Source of the DNA: Cellulomonas sp.
Lineage (GTDB): Bacteria > Actinomycetota > Actinomycetes > Actinomycetales > Cellulomonadaceae
Reading direction: 5' to 3'
NCBI RefSeq assembly: GCF_965229465.1
Contig: NZ_OZ245882.1
Span: 2,454,494 to 2,518,493 of the forward strand
Length of the DNA stretch: 64,000 nt
The notes below the pieces were generated by a model that was not told the DNA's origin, made no database searches, and saw only the letters and a list, made by a program, of their open reading frames with translations. Shown here one piece after another: positions 60,037-64,000 of the stretch; the stretch's first letter is position 1, and every line of letters starts with the position of its first letter. Both the position numbers and the translations under genes were made by a program.

Positions 60037-60351
60037 CTACGGCTCGATGAAGCTGAGGTTGAGGTACCAGATGAGGGGCGCGTCCGGACCGATGCTCTCC
60101 ACCTTCACCCGGACGGTGGGGAGGTTGTTGGTGTTGGGGTTCGGGTCGTCCGACTTGATGGACAGGGTGGTGACCCGCAGCTGACGGTTCTCGTTGGACG
60201 CGTGGAACGGGCTGGCGCTCGCCGCGACCGCGGTCTGCACGTACGAGCCGGCGGCTCGGACGGGCAGGAAGAGCCTCATGGTGCGGGTGTCGCCCGCCAC
60301 GAAGCCGTTGGCCTCGAAGAACTCGAAGTGCGCGTGCCTGACGGTGGCCAT
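60037..60351 (-). CDS. Hypothetical beta-rich protein (104 aa)
   Basis: Alternating hydrophobic strands; SD GAGGG. Confidence 0.65.
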   Translation of the reverse strand: MATVRHAHFEFFEANGFVAGDTRTMRLFLPVRAAGSYVQTAVAASASPFHASNENRQLRVTTLSIKSDDPNPNTNNLPTVRVKVESIGPDAPLIWYLNLSFIEP

Positions 60352-60361
60352 CGGACGGCCC

Positions 60362-60841
60362 TCACTGCACCGCGACGGCACTGCTGTAGCTGCCCCGCAG
60401 GTCGGGGTCCGCCTCCGTGTGGTTGGTGAGCATGTGGTCCCAGGTCGTCTGCCAGCCGGCGACCGAGACCCGGACGAGCTCGCGGGGCGTCGTGAACGCG
60501 TCGGTGGCTCGGAAGAGGAACGGATCGCCCGTCCAGGTCACCGCGGTCGTCCCAGCGTGCGCGGGCAGGTCGGGGAACCAGCCGGGTCGTGTCTCGTGCC
60601 AGTCCTCCCACTGCGCGGCCGCGCCGTTGACCTTGATCTCCGTGCCGTTGCGCCCCTCGACCTTGAAGGAGAGGTCGGTCATCGTGAAGGGGCCGCTGTT
60701 GGTGACCTGGAACCGGAACTCCACCTCCTCGCCGTCGTTGATGGCCACGCCCGGCCAGTTCACGTCGATGATCTCGATGGTCAGGTAGTTCGTGGGGTAG
60801 TTCTTGACTGCGTCGTTGATGTCGTCCAAGACGGTGGTCAT
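60362..60841 (-). CDS. Hypothetical Ig-like beta-sandwich protein
   Basis: GEEVEFRFQVTNSG (DUF11/CARDB-like); no signal peptide. Confidence 0.65.
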   Translation of the reverse strand: MTTVLDDINDAVKNYPTNYLTIEIIDVNWPGVAINDGEEVEFRFQVTNSGPFTMTDLSFKVEGRNGTEIKVNGAAAQWEDWHETRPGWFPDLPAHAGTTAVTWTGDPFLFRATDAFTTPRELVRVSVAGWQTTWDHMLTNHTEADPDLRGSYSSAVAVQ

Positions 60842-60970
60842 GATCGTGCCCTTCATGGTGGGTCAGGCCGCGTGCCGGCCTGGTTGCCATGAACGAGTGC
60901 CCAGGGGTGTCGCAGATCGGTGGGGAAACCCCAGGCCGACCCCAGGGAACGCCGGCCGTACGATCCGGGC

Positions 60971-61660
60971 ATGGGAGTGGTGGCGTCGTCGAGGTCGGAG
61001 CAGCGGCTCCCGCTCAGCCGCGAGCGCGTGCTGCGGACCGCGGTCGCGATCGCCGACGAGCACGGCATCGAGACCGTGACGATGCGCCGGGTCGGCGACG
61101 AGCTCGGCGCCGAGGCGATGTCGCTCTACCACCACGTCGCCAACAAGGACGCTCTGCTCGACGGTGCCGTGGATCTCGTCGTGCGGGAGATCAACGAGGC
61201 GGTCGACGAGCTGGACGCCGGCACTGACTGGCAGGTCGCCGTGCGGACGCGGATCCTCGCCGCCCGCGCCGTGCTGCTGCGGCACCGGTGGGCGTCGCGG
61301 CTGTTGTCCACCCGGGCGGCCACGAGCCCGGAGGTGGTGCGCTACCACGACCGCCTCGTCGGCCTCCTGCGCGCGGGTGGCTTCTCCTTCGACCTCGCCC
61401 ACCACGCGCTGCACGCGCTGGGCAGCCGCGCCCTGGGGTTCTCGCAGGAGCTGTTCGACCCGGGTGACGGGGCGTCCGCCGACTCGCTGCCGCCGGAGGT
61501 CGCCGCCGAGCTGCCGAACCTCGTGGCGATGCTGTCCGAGATCGCGCACGACGACCCCGCGTCGACGCTGGGCTGGTGCGACGACCAGACCGAGTTCGAG
61601 TTCGGGCTCGACCTGCTGCTCGACGGCCTCGACCGGCGGCGGGCGGCCGAGACCCCTTGA
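60971..61660 (+). CDS. TetR family regulator with TetR_C domain
   Basis: LSRERVLRTAV..AD, TMRRVGDELG..AMSLYHHVANK and FEFGLDLLLDG motifs. Confidence 0.92.
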   Translation: MGVVASSRSEQRLPLSRERVLRTAVAIADEHGIETVTMRRVGDELGAEAMSLYHHVANKDALLDGAVDLVVREINEAVDELDAGTDWQVAVRTRILAARAVLLRHRWASRLLSTRAATSPEVVRYHDRLVGLLRAGGFSFDLAHHALHALGSRALGFSQELFDPGDGASADSLPPEVAAELPNLVAMLSEIAHDDPASTLGWCDDQTEFEFGLDLLLDGLDRRRAAETP

Positions 61661-61664
61661 CCGT

Positions 61665-61701
61665 CCTTACGTTGTAAGGCAGGCTGCCTTACAACGTAAG
61701 G
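61665..61701. promoter_or_regulatory. Double TetR-type operator
   Basis: Perfect 18-bp inverted repeat with a 1-nt spacer; each arm contains CCTTAC-N3-GTAAGG; abuts the SD of the ADH gene. Confidence 0.8.
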
Positions 61702-61709
61702 GAGGCGCC

Positions 61710-62696
61710 ATGAAGGCGATCGTGCAGCATCGGTACGGCTCACCCGACGAGCTCACGCTCGCCGACGTCGACACCCCCGTCCCGGCTGCGGACGCGGTCC
61801 TGGTCCGGGTGCGGGCCGCGTCGCTGAACGCGCGCGACTGGCACCTGATGCGCGGCGACCCGTACATCGCGCGGCTCTCGCCGGACTTCGGCCGACGCGG
61901 CCCCAAGGCCCCGGTCCGCGGCTCGGACTTCGCCGGCACGGTCGAGGCGGTCGGCAGCGACGTGACCCGCCTGCGTCCGGGCGACGAGGTCTACGGAGAG
62001 TCCGACGGTGCGCTCGCGGAGTACGTCAGCGCGCCGGAGCGGCGGGTCGCCCGCAAGCCCGCCCACCTGACCTTCGAGCAGGCTGCCGCGATGCCGTTGG
62101 CGGCGACGACGGCCCTGCAGGGGCTGCGAGGCCGCGTCGGTCCCGGTCAGAGCCTCCTGATCAACGGCGCGTCCGGGGGAGTGGGGACGTTCGCGGTGCA
62201 GCTGGCCCACGCGTACGGCGCCCAGGTGACCGGCGTGTGCAGCACCCGCAACGCCGAGCTCGTGCGGTCGCTCGGCGCCGACCACGTCGTCGACTACACG
62301 CGCGACGACGCGTTCCGTGCCGGCCGCCGGTACGACGTCGTCCTCGACCTCGTCGGCAACCGCTCCCTGCGCGACCTGCGTCGCGCCCTCACGCCCGACG
62401 GGACCCTCGTCCTGTCCGGCGGCGGGGTCTCCGAGGGTGGCTCGCTGTTCGGCCCGATCGGTCTGCTGCTGCGCAGCAAGCTGGCGGCGCCGTTCGTGCG
62501 GCACCGGATCGTCGCCCTGTCGACGAGTCCCGGCGCCGAGCACCTCGACGCCCTCCGGGAGCTGGCGGAGGCCGGGACGATCGTGCCCGCCGTCGACCGG
62601 ACCTACCCGCTACCGGCGGCCGCGGACGCCCTGCGCTACCTCGAGGGCGAGCACGCCCGGGCGAAGGTGGTCATCACCGTTCATGCGGGAGGCTAG
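61710..62696 (+). CDS. NAD(P)-dependent alcohol dehydrogenase / quinone oxidoreductase (MDR family)
   Basis: ASLNARD, GSDFAG, INGASGGVGTFAVQLA and VVDY motifs. Confidence 0.9.
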   Translation: MKAIVQHRYGSPDELTLADVDTPVPAADAVLVRVRAASLNARDWHLMRGDPYIARLSPDFGRRGPKAPVRGSDFAGTVEAVGSDVTRLRPGDEVYGESDGALAEYVSAPERRVARKPAHLTFEQAAAMPLAATTALQGLRGRVGPGQSLLINGASGGVGTFAVQLAHAYGAQVTGVCSTRNAELVRSLGADHVVDYTRDDAFRAGRRYDVVLDLVGNRSLRDLRRALTPDGTLVLSGGGVSEGGSLFGPIGLLLRSKLAAPFVRHRIVALSTSPGAEHLDALRELAEAGTIVPAVDRTYPLPAAADALRYLEGEHARAKVVITVHAGG

Positions 62697-64000
62697 CCGC
62701 CGGCGTCCAGGTGCTCGTCGAGCGTGTCGGTCCGCAGCGCGTCCATGAGGCTGCCGAACGGCACGGCGTCCGGCACCAGCACGGGCTGCTCGCCGGCCGC
62801 GGAGACGGTCGTCGGGGCGCCGACCACCTCCACTTCGCCGGGTCCGAGGGCGCGGATGCTCGTGAGCAGGCCCACCATCTCGGCGCGGTCGAAGCTCTCG
62901 TCCACCGCCACCGAGCCGGAGACCACGCCGAGCAGCCGCAGCCAGGTGATCGGGTTGCCCCGCACGTCGCTGTCGCCCAGCCGGTCCAGGATCGCCTGCA
63001 GCCACACCGCCGACCGCTCGGCCCGCGCCACGTCGTCGTCGCCGGTCCCGCGCACCCACGCCAGCGCCTGCGCCCCGGTGAGGCGGCGCTCGCCCGCCGC
63101 GGCGGCCACGCGACCGTTCACCACCAGGTCGGACGTGAGGTCGAGGTCCACACCGCCGAGCTCCTGCGTGACCCGGGCGAACGTCTCGGAGTCGGTGAGC
63201 GCCACGTGGTCCAGCCGGACGTCGGTGAGGTGCTCGACCGTCTCCACGGCACCCGGGGGGCCGCCGGCGGCGAACGCGGAGCGCAGGGTGCCCGGACCGG
63301 TGCCTGGCACCTCCACCCACAGGTCCGGCGGCATCGCGACCACCTGGGCGCTGGAGCGGTCCGCGGAGACGTGCGCGAGCATCACGACGTCGGTCTGCGC
63401 AGCCGCCGCGGCCCAGTCGTCGGTGTCCTCGGTGCGCACGTCGTCGGTCGAGCCGAGCACGAGGATCGTCACCGGCGCCGCCTCGCCCGGACCGGACGCG
63501 AACGGGGCCGGGCGGTCGGTCAGACCGGCGAACGGGTCGGGGAAGCGGTCGACCCGGCTGTCGAGCACACCGGCCACGAGCAGGGCGCCGCACGTGGCGA
63601 CGAGGAGCAGGAGCAGGAAGGACCCGAGGATCGCGATCGCAGTGTTCCGGAGACGGTGGCTGGGCCGCACCGGCGCCACGACGGGCTCGGGTGGGGCGGG
63701 GACCGGCTGGCTCGGGTCCGACAGCACCGCCCACGCGATGGCGTCGACCGCGCCCCGGACCTGGTCGAACGACCGCTGGTAGGCGCCCTTGCCCAGGGCG
63801 GCGGGGTCCAGCAGGTCGTCGTCGGCGGGATCCGCGGGCGCGGTGGGCCCGCGTCGCGCCGGCGCCGCACGGACCAGAGCCGACAGCCGCGCCGCCACGT
63901 CGCCCTCCGGGAGGGCAGCCGGACCGAGAGAACCGGCGACGCGGGCGAGCTCGCGCAGGGTGAATGTGCGTCCGACGGCCGCCGGGACCTGCCGGACCAC
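62693..64000 (-). CDS. LMW protein-tyrosine-phosphatase-like domain fused via a TM to an LCP domain (5' end outside window)
   Basis: RTFTLREL...DDLLDP...Y (LMW-PTP C-half), then a TM, then TILVLGS...TDVVML...ELGGVD (LCP). Confidence 0.7.
   Translation of the reverse strand: MVRQVPAAVGRTFTLRELARVAGSLGPAALPEGDVAARLSALVRAAPARRGPTAPADPADDDLLDPAALGKGAYQRSFDQVRGAVDAIAWAVLSDPSQPVPAPPEPVVAPVRPSHRLRNTAIAILGSFLLLLLVATCGALLVAGVLDSRVDRFPDPFAGLTDRPAPFASGPGEAAPVTILVLGSTDDVRTEDTDDWAAAAAQTDVVMLAHVSADRSSAQVVAMPPDLWVEVPGTGPGTLRSAFAAGGPPGAVETVEHLTDVRLDHVALTDSETFARVTQELGGVDLDLTSDLVVNGRVAAAAGERRLTGAQALAWVRGTGDDDVARAERSAVWLQAILDRLGDSDVRGNPITWLRLLGVVSGSVAVDESFDRAEMVGLLTSIRALGPGEVEVVGAPTTVSAAGEQPVLVPDAVPFGSLMDALRTDTLDEHLDAGG

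Noticed and set aside
60880-60960. GGGGAAACCCC-type motif between the beta-rich operon and tetR
   Set aside because: Short G/C palindromes are expected by chance here; no repeated copy supports an operator.

Overview
High-GC actinobacterial chromosome segment; gene content suggests Micrococcales such as Cellulomonas (inference). Layout: (1) 1-14.7 kb, a surface-polysaccharide region. It has an AT-richer Wzy/GT2/pyruvyltransferase/flippase/epimerase block, then ugd, an AT3-SGNH O-acyltransferase, DUF4012 and a sortase-anchored protein. (2) 14.7-28.9 kb, core genes: serC, IdeR/DtxR, a c-di-AMP riboswitch with NlpC/P60, HNH, USP, Lrp, ddaH-rocD, AKR, OsmC and MFS. (3) 28988-38082, a 9.1-kb integrative mobilizable element in tRNA-Arg(CCT), bounded by an exact 42-bp direct repeat. 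It encodes a tyrosine integrase, an excisionase-like HTH and a MobF relaxase-helicase, with no mating-pore genes. Its cargo includes an AT-richer, tightly packed TIGR04255 / small protein / ART-like triad, which is the best candidate here for an undescribed toxin-antitoxin-chaperone-like defence system. (4) 38.1-47.6 kb, a second accessory tract that starts with relic arm-type sites: standalone EF-Tu domain III-like protein, a frameshifted paralog, GH35, a DUF4214-RCC1 surface protein, an ECF sigma pair and a TM + ParB-like pair. (5) 47.9-64 kb, mixed genes: SNF2-like helicase, an orphan eCIS-motif protein, an M15-like peptidase with an RBS-sequestering leader, an unknown three-gene beta-rich operon, TetR with a double operator upstream of an ADH gene, and an LMW-PTP fused to a degenerate LCP. 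Family calls come from motif recognition by eye; no database searches were run.
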